Positions 1 to 12,724 of a stretch of DNA of 64,000 nucleotides are shown here, in pieces. The notes under the pieces were generated by a model. It worked only from the letters and a program-made list of their open reading frames with translations. It was not told the DNA's origin and did not search any database. Made by a program: the position numbers and the translations under genes. Position 1 is the stretch's first letter, and every line of letters begins with the position of its first letter. Origin of the DNA: an uncultured Candidatus Rokubacteria bacterium (GTDB lineage Bacteria > Methylomirabilota > Methylomirabilia > Rokubacteriales > CSP1-6); contig CAVWFS010000006.1 of NCBI GenBank assembly GCA_963754315.1, positions 173,759 through 237,758 of the forward strand. Reading direction: 5' to 3'.

Positions 1-2
1 CC

Positions 3-317
3 CTCGGCCTGCCCACCGAGCATCCCGATGCTCGGCACGTGTACTACCTTTACACCGTGCGCCATCCCCGACGTGACCAGTTCATCCAAGCCATGACCGA
101 TTTGGGCGTAGGTACCGCTGTTCATTACCCGATTCCGGTTCCCGATCAGCCGATGTTCAGACCGCCAGGACAGGGTGTCGTCGGCCCGGGCTGGGCCGAG
201 AGCGCGCGAGCGGCGCGCGAGGTCGTCTCGCTCCCCTGCTATCCGGAGCTCCGCGATGACGAGGTTGACACGGTGATCCGCGCTGTCCACGAGGCCTGTA
301 ATCGCGCGCGCGAATAG
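3..317 (+). CDS. DegT/DnrJ/EryC1/StrS family aminotransferase, C-terminal part (starts before window)
   Basis: HVYYLYTVR, GVGTAVHYPIP and EVVSLPCYPEL motifs typical of sugar aminotransferase C-termini; frame open from window edge. Confidence 0.85.
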   Translation, partial: LGLPTEHPDARHVYYLYTVRHPRRDQFIQAMTDLGVGTAVHYPIPVPDQPMFRPPGQGVVGPGWAESARAAREVVSLPCYPELRDDEVDTVIRAVHEACNRARE

Positions 318-1185
318 CCTCACGGCCGTCCTCGTCTCCCTGCGCCCCCGGCAGTGGATCAAGAACCTCTTCGTACTGGGCGGGCTCATCTTCGCGCAGG
401 AGTTGTTCACGCCGGCTGTGTGGGTGGCCCTGGCCGCCTTCGCGGTCTTCTGCGCCCTGTCGGGGGCCGTGTACCTGCTGAACGACATCGCCGATCGTGA
501 GCGTGATCGCCTCCATCCCACGAAGCGACTGCGCCCGATCGCCTCGGGCCAGCTCCCGGTCGGCCGGGCGGCCACGGTTGCGGTCGTGCTCATCGTGCTC
601 GGCCTGGCCGCGGCCTGGGTGATCGGACGCCCCTTCGCGGGGACCGCCGTTGCCTACGTGCTGTTGCTGGCGATCTACTCAGTCTGGCTGAAGCATCTCG
701 TGATCGCCGATGTCCTGACCGTGGCGCTGGGCTTCGTGCTGCGGGCCGTGGCGGGGGCGCTCGCCATCGGTGTGGTCTTCTCCGGCTGGCTCGTCATCTG
801 CACGCTCCTCCTGGCCCTCTTCCTGGCCCTGGGCAAGCGGCGTCACGAGTATCTGACCCTCGGGGAGGACGCCCTCCGGCATCGACCGATCCTGGCCGAA
901 TATAGCGCTGGCTTACTCGACCAGATGATCGCGGTGGTCACGGCCTCCACCGTCACGGCCTACGCGCTCTACACCATGTCACCAGAGACGGTGGCGAAGT
1001 TTCACACGAATCTCTTGCCGGCCACGTTGCCGTTCGTGCTGTACGGGATCTTTCGCTACCTCTATCTTCTGTATCGGCGGCAGCTGGGGGGAAATCCCTC
1101 GGAGCTCTTCCTCAATGACCGCCCGCTCCTCGTCAACACGGCCTGCTGGATGCTGGCCGTGCTCCTCATCATCTACGGTCGGTAG
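301..1185 (+). CDS. UbiA-family prenyltransferase (decaprenyl-phosphate phosphoribosyltransferase-like)
   Basis: LRPRQWIKNL N-terminal motif upstream of the called ORF, YLLNDIADRERDRLHPTKRLRPIASG, LALGKRRHE, many TM helices; start uncertain (ATC at 301 after GAGG). Confidence 0.85.
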   Translation: MARANSLTAVLVSLRPRQWIKNLFVLGGLIFAQELFTPAVWVALAAFAVFCALSGAVYLLNDIADRERDRLHPTKRLRPIASGQLPVGRAATVAVVLIVLGLAAAWVIGRPFAGTAVAYVLLLAIYSVWLKHLVIADVLTVALGFVLRAVAGALAIGVVFSGWLVICTLLLALFLALGKRRHEYLTLGEDALRHRPILAEYSAGLLDQMIAVVTASTVTAYALYTMSPETVAKFHTNLLPATLPFVLYGIFRYLYLLYRRQLGGNPSELFLNDRPLLVNTACWMLAVLLIIYGR

Positions 1186-1284
1186 AGCGCCCCGCTGCTA
1201 TTTCGTTCGACGCGGAGAGAGGCGATGACCGCGTGTGGGGTACACTCGGAGAGCGATGAGTGTCACGAGGCGCGGTGACGGATC

Positions 1285-2700
1285 ATGAGGGCGCCGGTTC
1301 GTGTGCGCTTCGCGCCGAGCCCGTCCGGGCACCTGCATGTGGGCGGGGCGCGGACGGCCCTCTTCAACTGGCTCTTCGCCCGCCACCAGGGCGGGCAGTT
1401 CGTCCTCCGTATTGAGGACACCGATCGCTCGCGCTCCACGGACGAGAACATCGCGTCGATCATCGAGGCCCTCCAGTGGCTGGGCCTCGACTGGGACGAA
1501 GGGCCGCCCACGCCCGGCTATCGCCAGACCGAGCGGCTCGACACCTACGCCGAGCACGCCCGGCGCCTCCTGAGCGTCGGCCGCGCGTATTATTGTGACT
1601 GCTCACCCGAGATGCTCGACCTCGCCCGCGAGGAAATGCAGCGGCGAGGGGAAACCTTTCGGTACTCCGGACGCTGCCGGGACCGCGGGCTCGCGGCAGG
1701 CGCGCTCCGCCTGCGCATTCCGGAGCACGGCACCACCGTCGTCGACGACCTCATTCACGGGGCCGTCAGCTTCGACCATCAGCAGCTCGACGACTGGATC
1801 CTGGTCCGCACGGACGGGACGCCGACCTATAACTTCTGCGTGGTGGTCGACGACGTGACCATGGCGATCAGCCACGTCATCCGTGGAAACGATCATCTTT
1901 CGAACACACCCAAGCAGATGCTCTGCTACGAGGCCCTCGGGTACGCGGTGCCCGCCTTCGCCCACGTCCCCATGATCCTCGGATCGGACAAGAGCCGTCT
2001 GTCCAAGCGCCATGGAGCCACCTCGATCCAAGCCTTCCGGGACGCCGGCATTCCTGCCGAAGCCATGGTGAACTACCTGGCGCGCCTGGGCTGGTCGCAT
2101 GGCGACCAGGAAATCTTCACCCGCGGGGAATTGGTCGCCCTCTTCGACATCAAGGACGTCGGGGCCTCGGGCGCCGTGTTCGACGTGACCAAGCTCGAGT
2201 GGTTGTCCCAGCACTACCTGAAGCAGCTCCCGGCTTCGGAGCTCGCGGTCCGCCTTCAACCGTTTCTGGCCGCGCGAGGCATCGAGGTCGCTGCCGACGA
2301 CCGGCTGGCCCGGATCGCGCAAACGCTCAAGGAGCGCGCGAAGACGCTGGGGGACCTGGCCGAGCAGGCGCGCTTCTACTTCGAGGCGCCGACGTCCTAC
2401 GACGTCCAGGCTGCCGCGAAGCTGTTCACCGCCGAGGGAGCCGGTCGACTTGCGCGCCTGGCGGAGTGTCTGGGGCGGGTGGCAAGCTGGGATCCGGCGG
2501 CGATCGAGGTCGCGGTCCGAGAGCTGGCGGCGCAGCTTGGGCTCAAGCTGGTAGATCTGGCGCAGCTGAGCCGGCTGGCGGTGACGGGACGCACCGCCTC
2601 TCCGCCGATCTTCGACGTGCTCGCCCTCGTCGGGCGCGAGGAAGTGCTGGCGCGTCTGGGGCGGGCCCAGGCGATCACGGCGCAGGAGACACGTTCATGA
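1285..2700 (+). CDS. gltX: Glutamate--tRNA ligase
   Basis: RFAPSPSGHLHVGG (HIGH-like), LRIEDTD, RLSKRHGA (KMSKS-like). Confidence 0.97.
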   Translation: MRAPVRVRFAPSPSGHLHVGGARTALFNWLFARHQGGQFVLRIEDTDRSRSTDENIASIIEALQWLGLDWDEGPPTPGYRQTERLDTYAEHARRLLSVGRAYYCDCSPEMLDLAREEMQRRGETFRYSGRCRDRGLAAGALRLRIPEHGTTVVDDLIHGAVSFDHQQLDDWILVRTDGTPTYNFCVVVDDVTMAISHVIRGNDHLSNTPKQMLCYEALGYAVPAFAHVPMILGSDKSRLSKRHGATSIQAFRDAGIPAEAMVNYLARLGWSHGDQEIFTRGELVALFDIKDVGASGAVFDVTKLEWLSQHYLKQLPASELAVRLQPFLAARGIEVAADDRLARIAQTLKERAKTLGDLAEQARFYFEAPTSYDVQAAAKLFTAEGAGRLARLAECLGRVASWDPAAIEVAVRELAAQLGLKLVDLAQLSRLAVTGRTASPPIFDVLALVGREEVLARLGRAQAITAQETRS

Positions 2701-2716
2701 CTAGTCCGCGCGTGGC

Positions 2717-3345
2717 GTGAGACTGCTGCTAGCCCGTCACGGCCAGACAGCCTGGAACGCCAGCCGGCGCTTTCAAGGCTCGACCGATGTTGGCCTGTCC
2801 GAGCGAGGTCGGGCCCAGGCGGCCGCGCTGGGGCAGAGACTCGGCGGCCGGCGGCTGACCGCCGTGTACGTGAGCCCGTTACTCCGGGCGCGCGAGACGG
2901 CCGCGATCGCCCTCGAAGGGAGGGGGAGCGTTCTCCCGGTCGTCGCCATGGACGAGCTGCGGGAGCTGTCGCTCGGGCAGTGGGAGGGACGAACGGTCGA
3001 GGAGATCAAGGGCCAGGAGGGCGATCCGTATCTGGCGTGGCTCCGCGCCCCGCACGATTACGTGCCGCCGGGGGGTGAGCCCCTCGACGGCGTGGCGACT
3101 CGGGTGCGTTGCGCGTTCGATCGCATCGCGTCCGCCCATGCCGAGGAGGACGAGGTTTTGGTGGTCGCGCACGGGGGTGTCATCAGCGTGTACGCGTGCG
3201 CCCTGCTGGGGTCGTCGTTCAATTTCCTCTGGCGGTTGCGCGTGGACAACTGCTCGCTGACCGTGGTCAAACCGCCACGTCTCGTCTCCGTCAACGACAC
3301 CTCTCACCTCACGGCGGAGCTCAAGAGTCAGCACCTGACCCGGGC

Positions 3346-3349
<4 letters not shown>
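2717..3349 (+). CDS. Histidine phosphatase (phosphoglycerate mutase/CobC family)
   Basis: RHGQT, SPLLRARET, VAHGG, NDTSHL motifs. Confidence 0.9.
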
Positions 3350-4580
<1,231 letters not shown>

Positions 4581-4639
4581 ACCCTCTGCCCGCAGCTCTG
4601 CTGACCGCCGCCCCCCACGCCGCGGGGGCTGCCCGCCGG

Positions 4640-7600
4640 ATGTTGCGGCGACTCGGCTTCAGCGATCCAGCCGCCGCCGTGGAAAATCTCCACAGCCTCA
4701 CCCCCACCCCACGCGACGCCGAGCTGCTGGCACCGACGTTGCGGCGCCTGCTCGCTGAGCTTGGAGCGGCGCCCGATCCCGACATGGCACTCAACAACCT
4801 CGAGCACTATGTGGGGGTCGTCGACCGAGGTGTCTTCTTTCGGACCCTGGCCGAGCATCCGGGGGCGGCGGCCCTGTTGGCGCGCGTGTTCGGGCTCAAG
4901 CCAGGTGCTGGCCGACGCCCTCCGGCGCCGGCCGAACATCCTCGCCTGGCTGCTCGAGCCCCGCACCATGCGCGTGTGGCTGGCGGAGGACTATGCCGTC
5001 GATCTCGCCCAGACCTTGGCGGCGTTCACCACCCGCGAGTCCAGGCTGAATGCCTTGCGTCGGTTCAAGTATCGGCAGCTGCTTCGCATCGGGGCACGGG
5101 ACCTGTTGGCAGACGCCGACGTGGCGCAGACGACCGAGGAGCTGTCGCATCTGGCCGACGCGTGCCTGGGTGAGGCCTGGCGTATGGCCGACGCTGCTGC
5201 CCAGGCGGAGCATGGAGCGCCCCGCGACGGCGAGGGGGAGAGACCGGACTCGCCGTGATCGGCATGGGCAAGCTCGGCGGGGGCGAGCTGAACTACGCCT
5301 CCGACGTCGACCTGATGTTCGTCTACGGCGCCGAGGGCGAGACAACGGGCGGCCCCGGAGGACGCCTGGCCAACGGCGACTATTTCGCCCGAGTGTGTCG
5401 CGAGATCGTGGCGATCATGGAGGAGTCCACCGACGAGGGCTATCTCTTCCGCGTTGACCTGCGACTCCGCCCCGAGGGTCGATCGGGCCCCATTGCGCTG
5501 TCTCTCGACAGCTTCCGTGCGTACCACGCTGACCGCGCCGAGCTGTGGGAGCGCCAGGCACTCCTGAAGGCGCGGGTGACGGCCGGAGACGCGCAGGTAG
5601 GGGAGCGCTTCATGGCGTGGGCGCGCGGCGTCGTCTATCGCGCGGGTATCGATGCGCGGGTGATCCCGTCCATCCGCACGATGAAAGGGGAGATCGATCG
5701 CTCGCTCACCGACAAGGGGGATGGGCTCACCCGTAACGTCAAGCTCGGACGGGGCGGGATCCGTGAGATCGAGTTCATCGTGCAGGCCCTCCAGCTCCTC
5801 TACGGGGGCGACGACCCCTGGCTGCGGGAGCCGGGAACGCTCAAGGCCGTCTTTCGGCTCGTCGAGCGCGGCTACCTGGCTCCCGCGTTGGGCGGGGCGC
5901 TCTCCCAAGCCTATGCTCACTTGCGTACTGTCGAACATCGTTTGCAGATCCTGCACGAGTTTCAGACCCATACATTGCCACGCGAGGCGGACGCCCTTGC
6001 CCGTCTGGCCCGGCGGATCGGCATCGGGGGTACCCCGGCGCAGGCGGTGCGGGAGTTCCGACGCCGTCACCGGCGGGTCACCGCCGCCGTGCACCGGGCC
6101 TTCCGTCAGTTCTTCAGCGAGCGCGAGCAGACCGTGCCCATGCGGCTCAGGATTCCCGGCGTGATGGCCCTCTCGGCCACGGGCTTCGTCGACCCCGAGC
6201 GCGCGCGGCACAACTTGCGGCTCATTCTGGAAGGGCGTCCCCTCGTTCCGTACGCCGGTGCCCTCCGCCGGGCCCTCGAGCGCCTCTTTCCTGCCCTGCT
6301 CGACGCCCTCTGGAAGAGTCCCGACCCGGACGAGGCCCTGAATCAGTTCGAACGATTCCTTTCGGCGGCCGGCCCGCGCGCCGGCCTGATCGAGATGCTC
6401 GCCGTCGACGAGCGGCTCCTGCACGGCTTGGCCCGGTTGTGTGCGGGGGGTGATCTGCTCACCCAGCTCCTCATTGCCCAGCCTGAGCTGCTCACCTCGC
6501 TGGCCGATCCCGAGGTGCTGACGGCGCCGGTTCACGCGGCGGCCTTCCGCGCCGCGTTCGCGCGGATCTTCGCGCCCGCGCTCGATGCCGCCGAGCAACG
6601 GGACAGCCTGCGACGGGTCAAAGGCGCGGAGGAGCTCCGGGTTGTCTGGCGCTACCTGCTTGGGCTGACCACGATCGAGCGCTACGCATGGGAGATGACG
6701 GAGCTGGCCGAAGCGACCCTCAGCGCCGGATGGATGCTGACCATGGGTGGACTGGTCGAGCGCTATGGCGCACCCCGTACCGACGCCGGCGAATTCGTCC
6801 CCGCAGTGATCGTGGGTCTCGGCAAGTTGGGTGGCCGCGAGATCAGCACCGGTTCTGACCTCGACCTGTTCGTGGTGTTCGGCGGCGATGGGCGCACAGA
6901 CGGAGCACGTCAGGTCGATGCGCACACGTTCTACTGCGAGGCGGCGGAGCGGCTGGCCAGCGCGCTCGGTGACATCACGGCGGCCGGTACGGCCTTCGCC
7001 GTTGATCTCCGTCTGCGCCCGGGCAGTAAGGGAAGCGGCTTCGCCTCGAGCGTGGACGCCCTCGAGCGCTACTATCGGGAGCACGGGGATCTGTGGGAAC
7101 GGCAGAGTCTGACGCGCGCGCGTCTCGTCCTGGGCTCCCCGCGTCTCGGGCGTGCCGTGCTTCAAACTTTGCGCCGTCTCGTCTACAGTGAGGGTCTTGG
7201 CGCCGACGGGTTGGTCGAGATCCGTGACGTTCGCGCCCGCATGGAGGTGGAATTGGGTAAGGAGACCCCGGGGCGACTCTGCGTCAAGTTCGGCAAGGGA
7301 GGACTGGTCGACATCGAATTTCTGGCGCAGGCGCTCCAGCTCGTCCATGGCCATCGCCACCCTGACGTGCGCCGGGCCCGTACCTCGTTTGCTCTCGCGG
7401 GCCTGGCCCGGGTTGGGGCTCTTCCGCCCGACCATGCGCAGGCGCCTCATCGAGCACTATCGCTTTCTGCGCCGGGTGTCGACGTCCCTGCGTCTACTCG
7501 GGGCCCGTCCGGCCGACGTGCTTGAGCTGGCGGGACCCATACCGCGCCGGGTTGCGACTGCGCTGGACTATCGCTCGCGCGACGATTTCCTCGCCGACTA

Positions 7601-7688
7601 TCGCCGCCGGACGAGCGAGGTCCGTGCCATGTACACGAGCATCTGCGGGGCGTCCTCGCCGCGTCCCGCGAAATCGCGAGCCAGGTAA
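4640..7688 (+). CDS. glnE: Glutamine synthetase adenylyltransferase/deadenylyltransferase (frameshifts near 4890, 5245, 7435)
   Basis: Two nucleotidyltransferase domains (GMGKLGGGELNYASDVDL and GLGKLGGREISTGSDLDL), two VDLRLRP, KLGRGGIREIEF and KGGLVDIEF. Confidence 0.9.
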
Positions 7689-7695
7689 AGCCCCA

Positions 7696-10274
7696 ATGCC
7701 GACCTTCTACATCGTCGACGGGCATTCGCACCTCTTCCGGGCCTACCACGCGGTGGGGTACCTCTCGACCTCCAAGGGGGTTCCGAGCCACGCCGTGCTC
7801 ATTCTGAGCACGATGCTCTGGAAACTCATTCGCGAGGAGCAGCCCGACTACCTCGGTGTCGCCTGGGATCCTCCTGGGCCCACCTTCCGGGACACGCTCT
7901 TCACCGAGTACAAGGCCACGCGGACGTCGATGCCCAACGACCTCGTGCAGCAATTGCCGTATGTCCGCCGTCTTCTCGAGGCACTGCGGGTGCCGGCGCT
8001 CGAGGTGGCCGGATTCGAGGCGGACGATGTGCTCGCAACCCTGGTCGAGCGGGCTCGCGCCCCCGGCGTCGAGATCACGGTGGTGAGCGGCGACAAGGAC
8101 CTGCTCCAGCTTGTGGGTCCGGGGGTGCGGGCGCTCTCGGTGCTGGGGCGCACAGGTGAGCGGATCGTCTACGACGAGGGTAAGGTGCGCGAACGGTGGG
8201 GGGTCGCTCCGGCCCAGATTCCCGATGTGCTCGCTCTCATGGGTGACGCGATCGACAACATCCCCGGCGTGAAAGGGGTCGGTGAGAAGACCGCGGTCAA
8301 GCTCATCAGTCAGTTCGGGAGCGTCGACCGACTCTTCGAGAACCTCTCGCTGGTTCCCGGAAAACTCCGAGAGACCTTGGCTACTCAGCGCCGGCAAGCA
8401 ATGCTGTCGCGCGAGCTGGCCGTACTCTCTCGCGCGGTACCGCTCAGTTTCGACCTCGAAGCGTTCCGCCGCGTCGAACCCGACTGGACGAAGCTGCGCG
8501 CCCTGTGGATGGAGATGGAGTTCGCGCGCCTGGTCAAGGAGTTGCCGGCCCAGAGGGTCGAGACGCACGTCGGGCCCGCGACGGCCCTGACGTCGCGCGA
8601 GTCACTCGAGGCGTGGCTGGCAGCGCTGCCCTCGGGGGCTCCCGTGGCGATGGAGTGGACGGGAACGGCAGCGCCGCCGGACCCGAGTATGCGGGCTCTC
8701 GCGGTGTTTCATCCCGACGCGGTGCCGGCCACGGTCGCGCTGGACATCGCGGCCCCAGGGCTGGCCTCGCGGGACCTCATCGTACATGACGCCAAGCCCC
8801 TCCTCGAGTGGTGGCTGGCGGCTGGCCCGACTCCAGCGCGGTTCGAGGACAGCGCGGTCGCTTCTTACCTTCTGAACCCAGCCCGTCAAACCTATCGCCT
8901 CGACGAGATCTGTATGGAGGCGTTCGGGGAATGTCCGCCCGCGCTGGGAGCCTCTGACACGACCGCTGGTGCGGACCCTGGTCCGGTACTGGCGGAGCGC
9001 GCCCGCTGGCTCTGGCGGTACTGGGAGCACGTGCGCCGCGAGCTCGACGAGCGCGCGCTGCTCCGGATCTACGAAGACATCGAGCGGCCGCTGGTGCCCG
9101 TGCTGGCAGTGATGGAGCGCCATGGCATCCGGGTCGATCCGCAGCGCCTGGGGGACTTCGCCAAGGAGCTGGAGCGCCAGCTCGAAAACCTTACCCGCGA
9201 GATCTACACGGTGGCCGGGGAGGAGTTCACCATCGCCTCGCCCAAGCAACTCGGGCATATCCTCTTCGAGAAGCTCAAACTGCCTGTGATGCGGCGCACC
9301 AAGACGGGCTACTCCACCGACGCCGACGTCCTGACCGAGCTGGCGGTGGGCCACACCTTGCCGGGCAAGGTCCTCGAGCACCGCACCTTGGCCAAACTGA
9401 AGAACACCTACGCCGACACCCTGCCGGGGCTCGTGAATCCTGCCACCGGCCGCATCCACACGACGTTCAATCAGCTGGTGGCGGCGACCGGACGGCTCAG
9501 CTCGCAGGATCCCAATCTCATGAACATCCCGATCCGCACCGAGCTCGGGCGGCGCATTCGTGCCGCCTTCATTCCCGAGCCAGGCTGGCATTTCGTGGCG
9601 GCCGACTATTCGCAGATCGAGCTCCGCATCCTGGCCCATCTCTCGGGAGAGCCGGCCATCATCGCCTCCTTTCAACGCGGCGAGGACATTCACCAACGCA
9701 CGGCCTCGGAGGTCTTCCGGGTTCCCCCCGAAGCGGTGTCGGCGCTTCAACGCACCATCGCCAAGAGCGCAAACTACGCCATCCTCTACGGCGTCTCCGC
9801 CTTCGGCCTCTCTCAAGCCACCAAGATCGATCAGAAGGAGGCGCAGCGCTACATCAGCGACTATTTCGCCGCCCACCCCCGCGTGCGCGCCTTCATCGAC
9901 CGCACCCTCGCCGAGGGGCGCGCGCAGGGCTACGTCAGCACCTTGCTCGGACGTCGACGGTATTTGCCCGATCTCAGGTCCGGCAATCCGGTCGCCCGCA
10001 ATGCGGCTGAGCGCATGGCCATGAACGCGCCGGTGCAGGGGACGGCCAGTGACATGATCAAGATCGCCATGGTGCGCATGCAGGAGGCGCTTGACAGGAG
10101 GGGCCTGGCGACCCGGATGCTCTTGCAGGTCCACGACGAGTTGCTGTTCGAGGCGCCCCCCGGCGAGGTCGCCGAGATCGAGCACTGGCCACCGAGATCA
10201 TGGCCAATGCGCTTCCGCTCAACGTCCCCATCGTGGTTGACGTGAAATCAGGCTCTGACTGGTCCCACGTGTAG
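7696..10274 (+). CDS. polA: DNA polymerase I (frameshift near 10185)
   Basis: N-terminal 5'-3' exonuclease (VDGHSHLFRAY, FEADD, DNIPGVKGVGEKTA); polymerase motifs DYSQIELR, NAPVQGTASD, QVHDELLFE; true C-terminus LNVPIVVDVKSGSDWSHV in shifted frame. Confidence 0.96.
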
Positions 10275-10284
10275 GACGCGCGAC

Positions 10285-10924
10285 GTGGCGGCATTCCTGC
10301 TGGTGGGGTTGACCGGCGGCATCGCGACCGGCAAGAGCACGGTGTCGGACATGTTCCGTTCCCTGGGTGCGGTGATCATCGATGCCGACCTCCTCGCGCG
10401 GCAGGTGGTAGAGCCGGGCGAGCCCGCCTACGCGGATATCGTGACCGAGTTTGGGCCCGACGTCGTGCAGGTCGACCGCGCTCTCGACCGCAAGCGATTG
10501 GGCGCCATCGTGTTCGCCGACCCCGAGCGGCGGCGCCGGCTGGAAGCCATCACCCATCCGCGAATTCGCGAGCGGTTCGCGCGTCGGGTGCAAGAACTCA
10601 CGGACCAGGGGTTCGAGGGGGTCGTCATCTTCGATGCTCCCGTCATGATCGAAAGCGGCAATTACCGAAACATGGATCGATTGGTGGTGGTGGCGACGGA
10701 CGAGGCGACCCAACGCGCCAGGCTGCACGCGCGGGACCAGCGCCGACGAGGCCGAAGTAACGCGGCGGATCGCCAGTCAAATGCCCCTCGCCGAGAAGGT
10801 CAAGCTTGCCGACTACGTGATCGACAACAGCGGCGAGCGCTCCGCGACTCAGGATCAGGTCCGGCGCGTCCATGCGGCTCTCATGGCCGATTTGCGTGCG
10901 CGCCGCCTCGACCGGGCTCGGTGA
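10285..10924 (+). CDS. coaE: Dephospho-CoA kinase (frameshift near 10740)
   Basis: GLTGGIATGKS, LEAITHPRI; shifted frame continues RIASQMPLAEKVKLADYVIDNSG to TGA at 10922-10924. Confidence 0.92.
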
Positions 10925-11757
10925 GCGCCCGCAGCCGGCGCCAGACCCTCGGCCAGCACTTCCTCGGTGACGTCGGCGTCGCGCGCGCCATCGTCGACAC
11001 CATCGCGCCGCGCTCGACCGACCTCGTGGTCGAGATCGGGCCCGGGCGGGGGGTGTTGACCGGGGAACTGGCCCGCCGGGCTGGACAACTGATCGCGCTC
11101 GAGATCGATTCGACCCTCGTCCCGGCCTTGCGGACGCGCTTCCCAAGCGTCATGGTGGTGCAGGCCGACGCGCGAAGCTGGCCCTACTCGAGCCTTGTCC
11201 GACCCCCCGGAGGCCGGGTGGTGGTGGTGGGGAACCTTCCCTACAGTGCCGGAACGGTTATCCTCACGGCGCTGATTGCAGCGCGATCGGCGATTGATGA
11301 AATGGTGATCATGCTGCAGCGCGAGGTCGCCGAGCGCGTGGCCGCGACCCCGGGTAGCAAGAGCTACGGGAGTCTCTCTGTCCTCACCCAGCTCGTGAGC
11401 GAGCCCACGGTCGTTCTCACAGTTCCTCCGGGGGCGTTTCGGCCGCCTCCCAAGGTGGAGTCGGCACTACTTCGGGTGAGGGTTCTGCCGGCGCCCCGCA
11501 TATCTGTCCCGGACGAGGAGAGGTTTCGCGCGGTCGTCCGTGCGGCCTTCGCTCAGCGCCGAAAGACCATCGCCAACTCGCTCGCGACCGCGCTGGCGCT
11601 CCCTTCGGAGCGGGTCCGCGACGCCCTAGAGACCGCCGGGATCGATGCGACTCGACGCGCTGAAACCCTCAGCCTCGAGGAGTTCGCGCATCTCACCGCG
11701 CGTCTCTCCGAATCCATCAGCACCCCCGGTCGTATCCCGGGCCGCGGTCACGCGTAA
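10921..11757 (+). CDS. rsmA: 16S rRNA dimethyladenosine transferase KsgA
   Basis: GQHFL, EIGPGRG, GNLPY, QREVAER, FRPPPKVES, RRAETLS; GTGA overlap with coaE stop. Confidence 0.95.
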   Translation: MSARSRRQTLGQHFLGDVGVARAIVDTIAPRSTDLVVEIGPGRGVLTGELARRAGQLIALEIDSTLVPALRTRFPSVMVVQADARSWPYSSLVRPPGGRVVVVGNLPYSAGTVILTALIAARSAIDEMVIMLQREVAERVAATPGSKSYGSLSVLTQLVSEPTVVLTVPPGAFRPPPKVESALLRVRVLPAPRISVPDEERFRAVVRAAFAQRRKTIANSLATALALPSERVRDALETAGIDATRRAETLSLEEFAHLTARLSESISTPGRIPGRGHA

Positions 11758-11766
11758 AACGCCGAA

Positions 11767-11830
11767 CGCCCCGGGGAACCCGGGGCGCTCGGAGCGAAGG
11801 GGCCATGGGGGGCCTCCAAGGCCCCCCATG
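11767..11830. repeat. Single copy of the palindromic repeat family between convergent rsmA and pal
   Basis: CGCCCCGGGGAACCCCGGGGCG hairpin, GAGCG linker, CATGGGGGGCC-TCCAA-GGCCCCCCATG hairpin. Confidence 0.8.
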
Positions 11831-11837
11831 CGGTCGG

Positions 11838-12472
11838 TTACTTAGGCTTTGTCAGGAACTGGTCGTTACGGTTCATTGCGTGGCACTTGTCCTTCGGCGG
11901 CTTGTCCGTGCAGATCGGCCGCTCCTCGCCGTAGCTGACCGTGGAGATGCGATCTCCTGCCACGCCCTTGGAGACGAGATAGTTCTGGGCGGCCTTGGCC
12001 CGGCGATCACCGAGGGCCAAGTTGTACTCGACCGTGCCGCGCTCATCGGTGTTGCCCGTGATGAGCAGCAGCATGTTCGGGTTCGCCTTCAACCAGTCGG
12101 CGTTCCCGTCGAGGATCTTTGCGTCTCCCTTGCGGATGTTCGACTTGTCAAAGTCGAAGTGGATCATCTTGAGGTTCGGGTTCGGCTCGAACTGCGCCGG
12201 AGCCGGACGTGGCGCTGGCGGAGGTGGCGTCGGCGGCGGTGGCGGCGGCGGCGTCGGCGGTGGCGGCGGTGGTGGCGCCTGGACAACGGGCGGCGGCGGC
12301 GGCGGTGGTGGCGGAGCGGCGGCGGTGGTGGGGGGGTTGGCTTTGGCGGTGCGGCAACGACCGGTGCCGGCGCCGAGGCCTGTGTCACGGTCGGCCGCTT
12401 GGCGCAGCCTGCCGTAACGATGGAACTCACCGCGACGGCGGCCAGGGCGAAGTACAAGTAACGATTTCGCAT
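11838..12472 (-). CDS. pal: Peptidoglycan-associated OmpA-family lipoprotein with Pro-rich linker (frameshift in the linker)
   Basis: Signal peptide with lipobox TAGC, poly-Pro linker, IHFDFDKS, GNTDERGTVEYNLALGDRRA, SYGEERP. Confidence 0.9.
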
Positions 12473-12724
12473 GCGTCCCCCCCTTGTCAGTGATGGCCTG
12501 TCGAACTGCCCTTTATTCCCTACCATGTTTTTCCCCCCTGCGTAAAAAGGAATCGCGGGGGGTGTCGCGCGCTAAGTATAACGGGTTGGAAACTATAAGT
12601 GAAATGAATCTGCGGTCTTCCTGCCGACCGCGGTTCAGGCCGGTGCTGAGGGGTTTCGAGAGGTCCCCCGAAACTTCGGATCGGCGAGTGCCGGATGCTA
12701 CGATGACCGCACGAAAGGAGCCCC

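Noticed and set aside
10285..11757. Apparent CoaE-RsmA fusion (490 aa ORF)
   Set aside because: A frameshift near 10740 creates it; the true CoaE C-terminus is in another frame and stops at 10924, overlapping the rsmA GTG
12209..12345. GGC/GGT microsatellite or Gly-rich plus-strand protein
   Set aside because: It is the reverse complement of the Pro-rich linker of Pal
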